Part shown: piece after piece, positions 7,368 through 17,910 of the stretch | Layout: every line of letters starts with the position of its first letter | Numbering within the stretch: the stretch's first letter is position 1 | From: an uncultured virus (IMG/VR IMGVR_UViG_3300028888_000091) | Lineage: Duplodnaviria; Heunggongvirae; Uroviricota; Caudoviricetes | Virus record (IMG/VR): IMGVR_UViG_3300028888_000091 | DNA: 64,000 nucleotides | Strand: one strand, 5' to 3' | The notes under the pieces: generated by a model | Databases searched by the model: none | What the model saw: the letters and a program-made list of their open reading frames with translations, nothing else | What the model was told of the DNA's origin: nothing | Made by a program: the position numbers and the translations under genes

Positions 7368-10300
7368 CTAAATATTAATTTCATGTCTATACCTATCTTT
7401 AAATTCTTGCAATTTCCCATCGTTCCATTGTTTTGTTTCACCATTGGAACTTCTTGATATGACTGGAAGATAATATCCAGTAATTCTATCATATACAATT
7501 AAATCTTCACTTCCACAAATTGGACATTTTGTAATATTATCATTAATTGTATATTGACATTCTTGACAATATGTGAATACTTTACTATATGCCCAAAATT
7601 TTGTATTAGTTTTAAGTATTTTTTGATTTAATTTCCATAATGCTTTTGCATCACTCCAAACTTCACCTAACCAAATATGTAATAAATTACCGGCATCAGT
7701 CAATGGATGGAATTTATCTGCATTCTTAATATGTTTAATAATATTACTTTCATCATTAACTGGAATATGAGTAGAATTTGTTAAATATGGACTATCTTTT
7801 GTACCTTGAACAGTAATATCATCATACTTTTGTTTATTTAATTTACCAAATCTGAAACTGGTACTTTCTGCCGGAGAACCAATTACACTCCATCTCCAAC
7901 CATCTCTTTCTTTAAACTCATCTTTTTTTTGATTGATAAATTTAACAATTTCATAACCTAATTCATCATCTTCTGCAAGACTTTTGCCATTTAATTCTAT
8001 TTGTGCTTCATTTAAACCACAAAAACCAATAGTATAAGTACATCTATCAAGGTCATATAATTGTTCACCAGTTTCTTTGTCTTTCTGTAATAAGAAATCA
8101 GACATATGATATTCATAAATGATTTTTTCAACTTCACTTCTACGATGTTTCAAAGTCTTATAAATCACTTCACAATAATAATCTAACTTATTATAAAAAT
8201 TATCCATATCCTCTGACTCATAAGCAATCAAAGGTAAGTTAATTGTAGTATACATAAAGTTCCCAGTATTACAACAATCTTTACTATAATCATTGAAATA
8301 ATTCATAGGAAGAGCAGTGCGACAATTTTCTGAATGAATTCCACCTAAACCACAAACATAATTATGATTATTTTCAATACTTAAATCATAAACCATTTCA
8401 GTATTATCAACTAATTCAATTGATTTAATTTTGGTTTTATTTTTAGGATTATAATTTAAACCAAAAGAAATTCTATAATTAACTCTCCAATTACCACTAT
8501 CACCTATTCTATTATCTACATAAATAGTAGATTGTCTACCAATATAAGATAATGCATATAATACATCAATTACTAATGGTAAATCACTACAACTCCAATC
8601 CCATCTATACTTACTACCTTTTCTACCATCAAACATTAATCCTTTAATAATATTTGAAATAACATTTTTATCATGCCATACCCAATATGGAAAATGTTTA
8701 ATACCATTTATATCATAACATAAATTACATTTATCTCTTAATTCTTTATTTTTTACATAGATGGTATATGAATCATCTTTTCTATCATGAATTTCATAAT
8801 CATAATTATTTTTTTTACATAATTCAATAATTTGATTATATTTCCATTTTTGTTTAATATGAAATTCAATTATATTACTACTTCTACCACGAATTCTATT
8901 TTTATCTCTAACATATCCATCTGCTAAAAAAACACCTATAAATTCAGATTCAAAATCATCATAAGGAATATATGGTTTTTCAATATAATTATATAATTCC
9001 ATACCTATTTCTAAATCTTCACTTTTCACAATTCCTTTATTAGTAGGCAATTTATGATTTTCAGTAACTTTAAATTGATAATTATTATCAAGAGTAATTT
9101 TAAATACATTTGATGGAGCATTTTTAGGAATAATATTATATATTTTATTCCATTCTTTTGACCCATCTTTTGCATAAGTCATAACTGTATCACCAATAGA
9201 TAATTGTTGTGGATATTTAAATCCTTTATCTGTCATAACTGGGGTATCAGAAGTCAAAGCACCCATTACAGTTCTTTCAATCTCTTGACAATTAACATAA
9301 TATAAAGTCGGATTATTAGCACCTAACTCATGTAATAATTTACAATTACCTTCATATTTATCTAAATCACCTTCACGAAGATTGAATAAAATATTTGGGA
9401 AACGATGCCATCTACCTTGACCATCTTTCTCTTCTGAAACTTCTAATACTGCACGAAATATCATATCTGCTTCCTCTTGATAATCTTTATAAGTTCCAAC
9501 TGTTACACCACCAAAACTAACTGCCGGTTCATCTCTTAATACTGGTGGACAAGATAAATCCAATGCAATACTACTAAATAATATTTGTCCACCTCTGCAA
9601 ACAAGACTCATATTACAATTATACATGAAACCTTGAATTGCTTGTTTTATCCGATGATAAGGTAATCCTTTTGCAAAAGGAGAAAGTAATGTATTGAAAT
9701 TCACATATCCTTGACCACCACTAAAAACAGTAGCACCCGCCATAAATGCTTGTAAAAGATGATTTAACAAAACCTCTAAACTTTTTGCCGGTTTTGCAAC
9801 ACTTCCCATAACTCCTTTTCCATCAATCATTAATCCATTACGAGCAAAGAATCTTAAATCATAATTCATACAATTTTGGGTTAATACGAATCCATTGATT
9901 CCCGCAAGATAGTTATGATTATCTTCAATAGTTAAATTATAAACTGCTTGTGTGCCAGTATATTCTATGCTTTTTACTCTTAATTCACTTATTTCTTTAT
10001 ACTTCTTCATATTAGGATTTGCTTTTTCAATTATTGGAATAAATCTATTACAAATATTCATAGATAATAATACTCTTAAAAGTTTTTCTCCAAATGAAGA
10101 ACTATTATATGCATCTTTATGATTAGGATTATCAAATTCAGTAATATTAATAGAACCTCTTATACCAACATTTAATAAACATAATTGATATAAATCAAAA
10201 ATACTTTTATTTGTATTTGTGAAATTTAATCGTAGTACATTATTAATATCTAATCTGATATGACCATCACTATTAATCAATCCCTCTAATATTCCAGTTA

Positions 10301-11414
10301 AATTATACTTGGAAGTGTATTTTTTAATTAATTCATTTTTACTTAATTGAGGATATATTTTATCTTTAAGATAAAATAAATATGAATACCCAGTATCATA
10401 ATGATTAGATTCTTTTTCAGTATATGTGAAATCAATATTTAATCTTTCTAATAAGTCATATAAATATTGTGCTTTATCTTTTTTACTAAAACTAAACTTC
10501 ACATTACCTTTATTTGATATATACCCATCACCTAAAAAGAATCCAAATAAAGCACTTTCATTATAATTATCCATTTCATTATTTGTAAATTCATGTAAAT
10601 CTGTAATATTACATAATCTTAAATCTTTATAATTATTAAATTCAGATACTTTAATATCATATTGTTTTTGTGGTTTATTCTGATGAGATTTGATAAATTT
10701 ATGGTCATATGTACATTCAATACTATATCCTTTACCAAAAGTAATTAGATATGTTTCTTCTGATGGACTGGATAAATAAGCATTTTCTATTTTTTTCCAT
10801 TCCATACTATTAGTTTTAATATTTAAACTCGGCACATAATAAGTTTTATCAGTTAAAAACATTTCTTCTACAAATTCTTTTATTGTTGTATAAGAAATAT
10901 TGTTACTCTCATCTTTGATAACTATATTATTATTTCCACTTAAACAGTTTGGTCTTGTGTTAAAAAATTCAAGGTCATGATGATGCAAGTATCCATTTAT
11001 ATGTGCTTCACTACATTCTGATGGCATTTTCAATAAAGCATATTCTTTTGCAATACTGTCATATGCATATTTACTAACCATTTCGGGATTATATCCAATA
11101 TTTGCATTATCTTGACAACCAAACTTAACTAATTCTTCAAAATCAGAAACACTCATTCCTAATTTTCTACTTTTCTTCTCTTCTTCAATATACCCTTTAC
11201 TAATTAATTGTTGATTGATTAATGCACGAATTGTTGAAGTAGAAATTTCACTTTCATTATATTTATTTTTCAAAGCATGAATTACATTATTTTGGATTTT
11301 ACTTGCTTCTTCTTTATCCAAATTAGTTTCTTCCATTATTTTATAAGTAATTCTCTTTGGTTGAAATGGTTCTAAATCACCATATTTGTTCATAACAAAT
11401 TTAATTTCCATCAT
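7368..11414 (-). CDS. nrdD: Anaerobic (class III) ribonucleoside-triphosphate reductase with two inteins; mature protein about 678 aa
   Basis: N-terminal ATP cone, HHHDL..N-C, FSGGQG, FPN, MG|CR thiyl-radical motif, SPAES, CxxC..CxxC Zn site, RITGYY glycyl-radical motif. Confidence 0.95.
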   Translation of the reverse strand: MMEIKFVMNKYGDLEPFQPKRITYKIMEETNLDKEEASKIQNNVIHALKNKYNESEISTSTIRALINQQLISKGYIEEEKKSRKLGMSVSDFEELVKFGCQDNANIGYNPEMVSKYAYDSIAKEYALLKMPSECSEAHINGYLHHHDLEFFNTRPNCLSGNNNIVIKDESNNISYTTIKEFVEEMFLTDKTYYVPSLNIKTNSMEWKKIENAYLSSPSEETYLITFGKGYSIECTYDHKFIKSHQNKPQKQYDIKVSEFNNYKDLRLCNITDLHEFTNNEMDNYNESALFGFFLGDGYISNKGNVKFSFSKKDKAQYLYDLLERLNIDFTYTEKESNHYDTGYSYLFYLKDKIYPQLSKNELIKKYTSKYNLTGILEGLINSDGHIRLDINNVLRLNFTNTNKSIFDLYQLCLLNVGIRGSINITEFDNPNHKDAYNSSSFGEKLLRVLLSMNICNRFIPIIEKANPNMKKYKEISELRVKSIEYTGTQAVYNLTIEDNHNYLAGINGFVLTQNCMNYDLRFFARNGLMIDGKGVMGSVAKPAKSLEVLLNHLLQAFMAGATVFSGGQGYVNFNTLLSPFAKGLPYHRIKQAIQGFMYNCNMSLVCRGGQILFSSIALDLSCPPVLRDEPAVSFGGVTVGTYKDYQEEADMIFRAVLEVSEEKDGQGRWHRFPNILFNLREGDLDKYEGNCKLLHELGANNPTLYYVNCQEIERTVMGALTSDTPVMTDKGFKYPQQLSIGDTVMTYAKDGSKEWNKIYNIIPKNAPSNVFKITLDNNYQFKVTENHKLPTNKGIVKSEDLEIGMELYNYIEKPYIPYDDFESEFIGVFLADGYVRDKNRIRGRSSNIIEFHIKQKWKYNQIIELCKKNNYDYEIHDRKDDSYTIYVKNKELRDKCNLCYDINGIKHFPYWVWHDKNVISNIIKGLMFDGRKGSKYRWDWSCSDLPLVIDVLYALSYIGRQSTIYVDNRIGDSGNWRVNYRISFGLNYNPKNKTKIKSIELVDNTEMVYDLSIENNHNYVCGLGGIHSENCRTALPMNYFNDYSKDCCNTGNFMYTTINLPLIAYESEDMDNFYNKLDYYCEVIYKTLKHRRSEVEKIIYEYHMSDFLLQKDKETGEQLYDLDRCTYTIGFCGLNEAQIELNGKSLAEDDELGYEIVKFINQKKDEFKERDGWRWSVIGSPAESTSFRFGKLNKQKYDDITVQGTKDSPYLTNSTHIPVNDESNIIKHIKNADKFHPLTDAGNLLHIWLGEVWSDAKALWKLNQKILKTNTKFWAYSKVFTYCQECQYTINDNITKCPICGSEDLIVYDRITGYYLPVISRSSNGETKQWNDGKLQEFKDRYRHEINI
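8325..9260 (-). mobile_element. Intein 2 in NrdD (312 aa, Ala1...SEN/C) with LAGLIDADG-like domain
   Basis: Splits MG|CR; ALTSDTPV start, VTENH, FIGVFLADG, VYDLSIENNHNY...SEN. Confidence 0.9.
9873..10946 (-). mobile_element. Intein 1 in NrdD (358 aa, Cys1...TQN/C) with LAGLIDADG homing endonuclease
   Basis: CLSGNN start, CTYDH block B, LFGFFLGDG and LEGLINSDG, VYNLTIEDNHNY...TQN followed by extein Cys. Confidence 0.92.
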
Positions 11415-11923
11415 TCACCTCCATATGCTTTGTTATTTTGATATGAACCATCGTATTGACTTGCAGTTCCATCATTTTCATAAGTAACTGCTTGAATAAT
11501 TCTTTCATTTGCACCAATAATAATTGGAACATTTCTATTCGTATTATATAAACCCATCATTAATCTACCATTAAAACCATTATCTCCAATTGCAGAAATT
11601 AATAATAAACCACAACGAGCAAATGTGCTTCTAATAGCATAAGTTTGAGTATATCCATTTGGAATTTTAATATCCCTATCAGTTTTAACAAAATAATATT
11701 TCATAGGTTCTAATAGATAAACTGGTTTTTCATCTAAATAACTAATTTCTAATTCATCAAGATTTGGTAAAATTTTTTCATCTTCAATACAACCTAAAAA
11801 TCTATTAGGATAATCATCTTCATTTTGAAAAATACTACCCACTCTCAAATCAATACCATTTTCTTGCACATCATCGGCAAAATCCGGAAACAATTTAATT
11901 AAATTTTCTCTTCCAACAATCAT
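11411..11923 (-). CDS. Trimeric dUTPase / dCTP deaminase family protein (archaeal type)
   Basis: GIDLR, RSTFARCGL, GDNGFNG, ERIIQ, YDGSYQ motifs. Confidence 0.88.
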   Translation of the reverse strand: MIVGRENLIKLFPDFADDVQENGIDLRVGSIFQNEDDYPNRFLGCIEDEKILPNLDELEISYLDEKPVYLLEPMKYYFVKTDRDIKIPNGYTQTYAIRSTFARCGLLLISAIGDNGFNGRLMMGLYNTNRNVPIIIGANERIIQAVTYENDGTASQYDGSYQNNKAYGGE

Positions 11924-12022
11924 TTTTTAATCCACCATTTTTTTTACTAAATATATTGCTAATAAAATACATATTACTACTGGTATCCAAAAAACCAAAT
12001 GCATTATTAATACTGTCCACAT

Positions 12023-12256
12023 TCAAACACCTTTTAAATACCTATTAAAATTGTATTGTCCATCTTCACTTATCCTTTTTACTATAAATTCCTCTCCTTC
12101 CTTAAAATCTGATTGAAACCATTTTTTAATATCAATAATATGATAATAACCTCTATTAATCTTACGATACTCACAAGACATATGAGATTCAAAATCATCC
12201 ATTGGAGATATATTGAAATATAAACTGGATAAGACTTTACATTTATCTGTTATCAT
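12023..12256 (-). CDS. Hypothetical protein
   Basis: ORF only. Confidence 0.5.
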   Translation of the reverse strand: MITDKCKVLSSLYFNISPMDDFESHMSCEYRKINRGYYHIIDIKKWFQSDFKEGEEFIVKRISEDGQYNFNRYLKGV

Positions 12257-12433
12257 TTTCTAAAACATTCCTACGAAGAATAATACTAATATGTTCTAAT
12301 TTTAAAGACAAATTCCAAACTTCATCTTCATTATCATAATTAGTATTAATTATCGAGTTCATCAATTCATTTTTTTCATTTTCTTTAAAAAATTTATTAT
12401 TTCGACTCATAAAACATTCATCTTCTTCCTAAA

Positions 12434-13177
12434 TTATTCATTATTTTCTATTCTTGGTGCAAGAAGATAGTTTACTACAATATTATTTGTTTCAATTTCT
12501 ACCAACATTGGATATTCATTGCCCATTTTTATTTTCAAATTATCTGAACTTAATTTTGTATTAAATATCTTCATTAACCAATCAATACCATATGTTGCAG
12601 AACAATTACCAATTGATTCATTTAATTGGAATTCATTTTTATATTTCCCAAAACTACCCTCACAACTTAAAACTAACCAATTATCTGCACAAGTAAATTT
12701 TAATCTATCTGAATACAAATCTGCATCTTTCAAACTATTATTAATAGAATCAAAATCAAATTCAAACTCAACAGTAAAATTCATATTTGGAATTTCTCTT
12801 GAATTATCATCTATATCAATTTGTGTAATTGAAAATGTTCTTGTATTCTCATTTTTAAAAACAATATCAAATGTAGAATTATCTGCTTTAAATAATAAAC
12901 AATCTTTTTTATTACCTCTTTTTAGAACTTTAACTAATTCATTTAAATCAATATATAAAGACATTAAATTATTAATTTCATATTCATCAAAAGATGCTTT
13001 TGGAATCTTACAAGCAAAAAAACATATATGACTCCTATCCAAAGCATTGAATTTCAATCCCTCCGGATTACATTCAATTACTATTTCATCAATAATTTCA
13101 TTAATATTAGTAAAAATGTTTTTTAAAACACTCCAATCTTCCAATTTAAATTGTAATATTTTAAACACCCCTACCAT
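12434..13177 (-). CDS. pcn: PCNA sliding clamp
   Basis: 247 aa; GLKFNALDRSHI, FDEY, YPM, C-terminal YLLAPRIE. Confidence 0.95.
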   Translation of the reverse strand: MVGVFKILQFKLEDWSVLKNIFTNINEIIDEIVIECNPEGLKFNALDRSHICFFACKIPKASFDEYEINNLMSLYIDLNELVKVLKRGNKKDCLLFKADNSTFDIVFKNENTRTFSITQIDIDDNSREIPNMNFTVEFEFDFDSINNSLKDADLYSDRLKFTCADNWLVLSCEGSFGKYKNEFQLNESIGNCSATYGIDWLMKIFNTKLSSDNLKIKMGNEYPMLVEIETNNIVVNYLLAPRIENNE

Positions 13178-14813
13178 TAATAATTAATCTTTTTTGTACA
13201 CTATCTTTGATATATTTCGGACAATATTTATTCTTCAAAATTGATTTAAACGATGAGTCAATTAAATAATTTTTACAATAATCATCTTCATGCCTCATAC
13301 CCCTACCAACAGTTTGAATTGTTTTACGAATAGTTTCTAATAAATACCATGTGTAATCTGCTTTTTGCCTTGCTTTAATTTGTTTATCTGCAAGACTTGG
13401 ATATGGACATTTCAACAATATTTGAAATCTAATATCATCATCGGGCAAATTCAATCCCTCTTCAAGACTATAAGCAACAATAACTCCATTATCACTATCT
13501 TTTAACTCTTGAATTGCAATTTCTTTCTCATAACTATTTTCATAAGTAATAAATCTACCATAATCCCAACAATTTTCAAGAATTTTATTTGCAAATTCTC
13601 TACTATTACAATGAATAATGCCTTTATCATTCATATGAGTTGTTAGAATTTCATCAATTTCTTTGTATGCTTTTGGCAAAGTATTATTTTTTTCTTTATA
13701 AGTTAATTTTCCACAATATTTAGGAATCAAAGGATTATTATTAACAACATCAAAAGAAGATTCTTGTTGAATATAATAAACTTCATCTTCACTTAAACCA
13801 AGATATTTAGCAAAATTTTTATAATCAACAATACTTCCACTCATTAACAAATGATATTGTGCTTTATCTAATAAATATGGTTTAACATAATTATGAACAT
13901 CAATAGGTTTAATAGTAATTTTTTTCCCACGAGTATCATCAACAATATCTACAAACCATATTTTCGGATTTTCTTTTATTTCAGATAACCTATCTTCAAT
14001 CTTATCAATCATATGAGTCATCTCACTCATCTGATTTTTACTGAAATATATTTCATGTGAATCATAAACAGTATATCCCTCTGTATTGTTTTTGACAAGT
14101 ATATCTTTAATCTCATTTAATCGATTAACCCAATATCTAATAGTAGTGTTTTTCTCATAAAAATCTTCATTTTCAAGAAACACCCCATATTCGCCCAATA
14201 TTGATTCAGATAAAGTAATACTAACACGATTCATAATTTTAGTATCAATATTATGTGCTTCATCACAAATCATTAATTTTCTATTTTTATAATGGTTTGG
14301 AAAATCACTTAATAAAACATCATAATTTAAAATACAAACATCACTATTAACTGCATTTAATTTTTGTTCCCAATAAGGACAAGTACCTTCAAAACAACCA
14401 ATATCCCAATCTTCTACATTATGTAATCCCCATTTACATCGGAATTGCTTATCGGTTGTAATTCTACATTCTCCTTTATTACAAGAATCATGATTTAATC
14501 TACATTCAAAATTACCTCTTCCTTTCCCAACTTGGTAATCAATATTAAATTTATTGAACAACAATGACTCTTCATAGTATTGATTTTGTAACATTTTTGT
14601 ACTACTTAATAAATAAGCAGAATAATCCTCATTAACATTAAAATAATCAATAACTGTACGAGCAATTGCAGATTTACCACTACCAGTTGAAGCATCTAAA
14701 ATCACATATTTATACCCTTTTTCAATAGCAGTAATAATTTTATCAATAGATTCTCTTTGCCCAGTTTTAAATGATTCAAATGGAAAATACTCCAATAATA
14801 TATCATTTTGCAT
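13161..14813 (-). CDS. DinG/XPD (Rad3) family SF2 helicase
   Basis: Q motif, ASTGSGKS, GKGRGNFEC Fe-S region, DEAH, MSGS, EGLN, QTVGRGMR. Confidence 0.92.
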   Translation of the reverse strand: MQNDILLEYFPFESFKTGQRESIDKIITAIEKGYKYVILDASTGSGKSAIARTVIDYFNVNEDYSAYLLSSTKMLQNQYYEESLLFNKFNIDYQVGKGRGNFECRLNHDSCNKGECRITTDKQFRCKWGLHNVEDWDIGCFEGTCPYWEQKLNAVNSDVCILNYDVLLSDFPNHYKNRKLMICDEAHNIDTKIMNRVSITLSESILGEYGVFLENEDFYEKNTTIRYWVNRLNEIKDILVKNNTEGYTVYDSHEIYFSKNQMSEMTHMIDKIEDRLSEIKENPKIWFVDIVDDTRGKKITIKPIDVHNYVKPYLLDKAQYHLLMSGSIVDYKNFAKYLGLSEDEVYYIQQESSFDVVNNNPLIPKYCGKLTYKEKNNTLPKAYKEIDEILTTHMNDKGIIHCNSREFANKILENCWDYGRFITYENSYEKEIAIQELKDSDNGVIVAYSLEEGLNLPDDDIRFQILLKCPYPSLADKQIKARQKADYTWYLLETIRKTIQTVGRGMRHEDDYCKNYLIDSSFKSILKNKYCPKYIKDSVQKRLIINGRGV

Positions 14814-14817
14814 ACAT

Positions 14818-15273
14818 TCACCTTTTCATTTCTTTTATTATCCTTTCTTCTGCATTAAGATAATCCTCAATTAATTTTTTATTATCATGAATTTCTTCAA
14901 CCATTTTTCCAATAGTATTACGATGTTTTGGAAAATAAATTACATCTAAAACAGAATCAACTCCATATTCATCCAAATTATTTTCAATTTCTTTCCATTG
15001 AGAAATATAATCATATAATTGTTTATTCTCTTTTTCTAACTGAACTCTTTTATTTTCAAGTTTTTCTAATCTTTTAGAAAAAGGTTTAATTAAAATACAG
15101 TTATCTTTATGAGAACAATAAGTACAATCACCCTCATTACTATAATTACACCCTTTCACTAATTTTTTAGAGTTAGATTGTAATATACAATTATTTTCAC
15201 ACTTATCAAATAATTTACACTTATTTGTACAAATTACTTGATAAGGATTATATTTCTTGGACATTTTCATCAA
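14818..15273 (-). CDS. Cys-rich hypothetical protein with coiled coil
   Basis: Multiple Cys clusters in the N-terminal half. Confidence 0.65.
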   Translation of the reverse strand: MMKMSKKYNPYQVICTNKCKLFDKCENNCILQSNSKKLVKGCNYSNEGDCTYCSHKDNCILIKPFSKRLEKLENKRVQLEKENKQLYDYISQWKEIENNLDEYGVDSVLDVIYFPKHRNTIGKMVEEIHDNKKLIEDYLNAEERIIKEMKR

Positions 15274-17356
15274 TTATTTCATAATTTGGATATAAAAACT
15301 CAAGAAAAGTATCAAATTTCACATACATTCTTGTACCTTTTACACCATTAACAGTTACAAAACCATAATTCCACCCTAATAGTTCACTAACACTCTTTAA
15401 ATTAGAAGCACTTGAAATTTCAAGATTATCAAATAACTCTTTGATTAAAAGAGTATTAAAATTAACATATAACTCTCCATCATTTTTGTTATTTAAATTG
15501 ATAAAAGGAATTAAATGTTGATTAATAACTGAAAATGTCCTATTTTTGAAATCATCCATATCAGATAATTCAGTCGGAGAATAATCATCTAATTTCTTTT
15601 CAGAATATTTAAAATCATGTTCTTGAACATATTCAGTTAAATTAATTTTCCTATTAAACTTATCATTAATAAGATTTAATAAAAAGTTTCTAATTTCTTC
15701 AATCTCTTGATACTCTTTATCTTCATCTGAACTTAATGATTCATCATAGTATAGTAACCATTTAGGTGGTTGTTTCCCAATAAATTCATATGCTTTAATT
15801 ATAAAATAATTACCCAAATCATCCCAGTCTTTATCTAACAATTCCGGATTATCGCAAATAATACGAGCAGAATAATTACTCAAACCATGCAATTTCATTA
15901 ACATTGATTTTTTTGGTTTATCAATATTAAATTTTTTATTGAATTTTTTTTGAGAAGTTTTATCTTTTTTCTCATCATGAGTAAATGCAATCGGAACAAA
16001 TCTTCTAATTAACCCATCATCAGATGGTAATTTATGATTTGCAGTAAATACAACTGGTGCATATGCCGGTTTTCTAATAAACTTATTACCTTGTTGTCTT
16101 GACCTTGAAATAGGTGATTGAACACAAGATTTAAGCATTTCAACAACATTTTTCTTTTTTAAAGCACCACCCGGTTCATTAACTAATAATGGTAAAGAAG
16201 ATTGCATTAATTGTTCACCTATTCTAAATTCAGTATTAAAACTACTTCCTTCTAAATTATTCTCAATTGTTGGATATGACCATAAATAAAGAATAATTTT
16301 TCCCAAAGTAGTTTTACCACTTCCCGCTTTACCATATAAAAACAAATAAGGTAAAAAATCACTACCTTTTTGCTTTCGAGCAAAACTAAAAGCACTAACT
16401 AAACCCCATTTAATTCCAGTACCTAATTTATATTTAGATTTGCCAAAATAAATTGCAAGTTTATCAATAATATCTAATGCTTCTGACACTTCGTTTTTTG
16501 TAGGTTCATGTAAATCATAATTAACAATTATCTTATCTTCTTTTTCATTATAATAAAAACCATCTTCTTCAATATAATCTCTTATTATAGCCAAATCATA
16601 AATAATACTTATATTGATGATTGCAGAAAGAGTATCATCTAATTTTTGTTTATTTAATACCCATCCAGTTTCTTTTAATTCTGAACTTAATTCAGAAATA
16701 GTTTTTTTTTCAATCACTAATGGTTTTTTAGTAAATGAATTTTTCCAAGATGTTGTAAAACTCCTCCCTACAATTGGATTATCATGAATAATTATTGTAT
16801 CGGGATATGCATTTATTACTTTTATCCAAGAATCATTTTTACTTTTTGAAGAAATTTTATGTTGTCGAACATTATAATTTTTAGAATCCATAACAACATA
16901 ATTATCAGAATCTAAATCTAATTTATACTCAACATCATTTTCATAGTTTCGTAAAATTTTAGATAAAGGATTTATTATTTCTAATATTTCATAATCTTCA
17001 AAATATTTTGCTAATACTTGTTTTTCCAAATCAATAAATCCATTATTATATTGAACTTTTTCAAGATATACATCATTCAAATAATTCTTAAAAAAATTCC
17101 ATTTATATGATTCTTCAGAACAAATATTATTGTAAACTCCTTCAATAATATATTCAACAACTTCCGGATTTGTATTTCTTTGATAAAACTCTGAAATCAA
17201 AGATTTAAGAATTATTTCTTCATCATAATTGGAAATATGAATATCAACTGTTAAAATATTTGATATATCTTCAATAGTTTTATTATGTTCATTTTTTTCA
17301 ATTTCTGTTAAAGATTCATTATTATCAATATCCTTTGATTTAAGCATATTCCCCAT
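15248..17356 (-). CDS. Putative replicative helicase (SF3/DUF927-like P-loop NTPase)
   Basis: LYGKAGSGKTT Walker A, LLVNE Walker B-like, FTAN, LIRRF; replication-module context. Confidence 0.75.
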   Translation of the reverse strand: MGNMLKSKDIDNNESLTEIEKNEHNKTIEDISNILTVDIHISNYDEEIILKSLISEFYQRNTNPEVVEYIIEGVYNNICSEESYKWNFFKNYLNDVYLEKVQYNNGFIDLEKQVLAKYFEDYEILEIINPLSKILRNYENDVEYKLDLDSDNYVVMDSKNYNVRQHKISSKSKNDSWIKVINAYPDTIIIHDNPIVGRSFTTSWKNSFTKKPLVIEKKTISELSSELKETGWVLNKQKLDDTLSAIINISIIYDLAIIRDYIEEDGFYYNEKEDKIIVNYDLHEPTKNEVSEALDIIDKLAIYFGKSKYKLGTGIKWGLVSAFSFARKQKGSDFLPYLFLYGKAGSGKTTLGKIILYLWSYPTIENNLEGSSFNTEFRIGEQLMQSSLPLLVNEPGGALKKKNVVEMLKSCVQSPISRSRQQGNKFIRKPAYAPVVFTANHKLPSDDGLIRRFVPIAFTHDEKKDKTSQKKFNKKFNIDKPKKSMLMKLHGLSNYSARIICDNPELLDKDWDDLGNYFIIKAYEFIGKQPPKWLLYYDESLSSDEDKEYQEIEEIRNFLLNLINDKFNRKINLTEYVQEHDFKYSEKKLDDYSPTELSDMDDFKNRTFSVINQHLIPFINLNNKNDGELYVNFNTLLIKELFDNLEISSASNLKSVSELLGWNYGFVTVNGVKGTRMYVKFDTFLEFLYPNYEIIDENVQEI

Positions 17357-17392
17357 TTCCTTCTATAAAAAAATAAAAGAAATTAGAATATC

Positions 17393-17908
17393 TTATTTGA
17401 TATTAATAATTTCAAATGTAGGATACTCATCATCAGTTGCTTTAACTTTAATAGTTATTTCATCTTGTTCGGCAAGAGTATCTAAATATCCTTTTACAGA
17501 AACATTTTTTAAACAATTAACTGGGTTACCATCTTTATCAAAAATGTTTTTCATTCCAACTAATTTGAGAATACTGAATATTGCATTGTAAGTATTTCTT
17601 TCATATTTGTTGTCTTTAAATACATTAGTTAATGGGTATCCATCCGGTGTCCAACCAGTTGGTTTTGGGATTTGGCAGTAGAATTTTACTTTAATTGGAA
17701 GTCCATCATCTGCTTGGGAAAGAATAAAAAATCTCATACTGTCAGATTTGTATTCTTCTTCTGCTACAAAAGTCATAGCAACTGGTTTACCAGTAATTTC
17801 ATCACCATCTGCTAATTCATCTAATGTAACTTCTTCGTAGCCACCTAAATCATAGTATTTTTCATCACTTACTTCATAGCCAAATTCGGCAAATTCTTTA
17901 AGACTCAT
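17393..17908 (-). CDS. Hypothetical protein, possibly ssDNA-binding
   Basis: Acidic beta-rich protein between recombinase and helicase; function is positional inference. Confidence 0.55.
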   Translation of the reverse strand: MSLKEFAEFGYEVSDEKYYDLGGYEEVTLDELADGDEITGKPVAMTFVAEEEYKSDSMRFFILSQADDGLPIKVKFYCQIPKPTGWTPDGYPLTNVFKDNKYERNTYNAIFSILKLVGMKNIFDKDGNPVNCLKNVSVKGYLDTLAEQDEITIKVKATDDEYPTFEIINIK

Positions 17909-17910
17909 TC

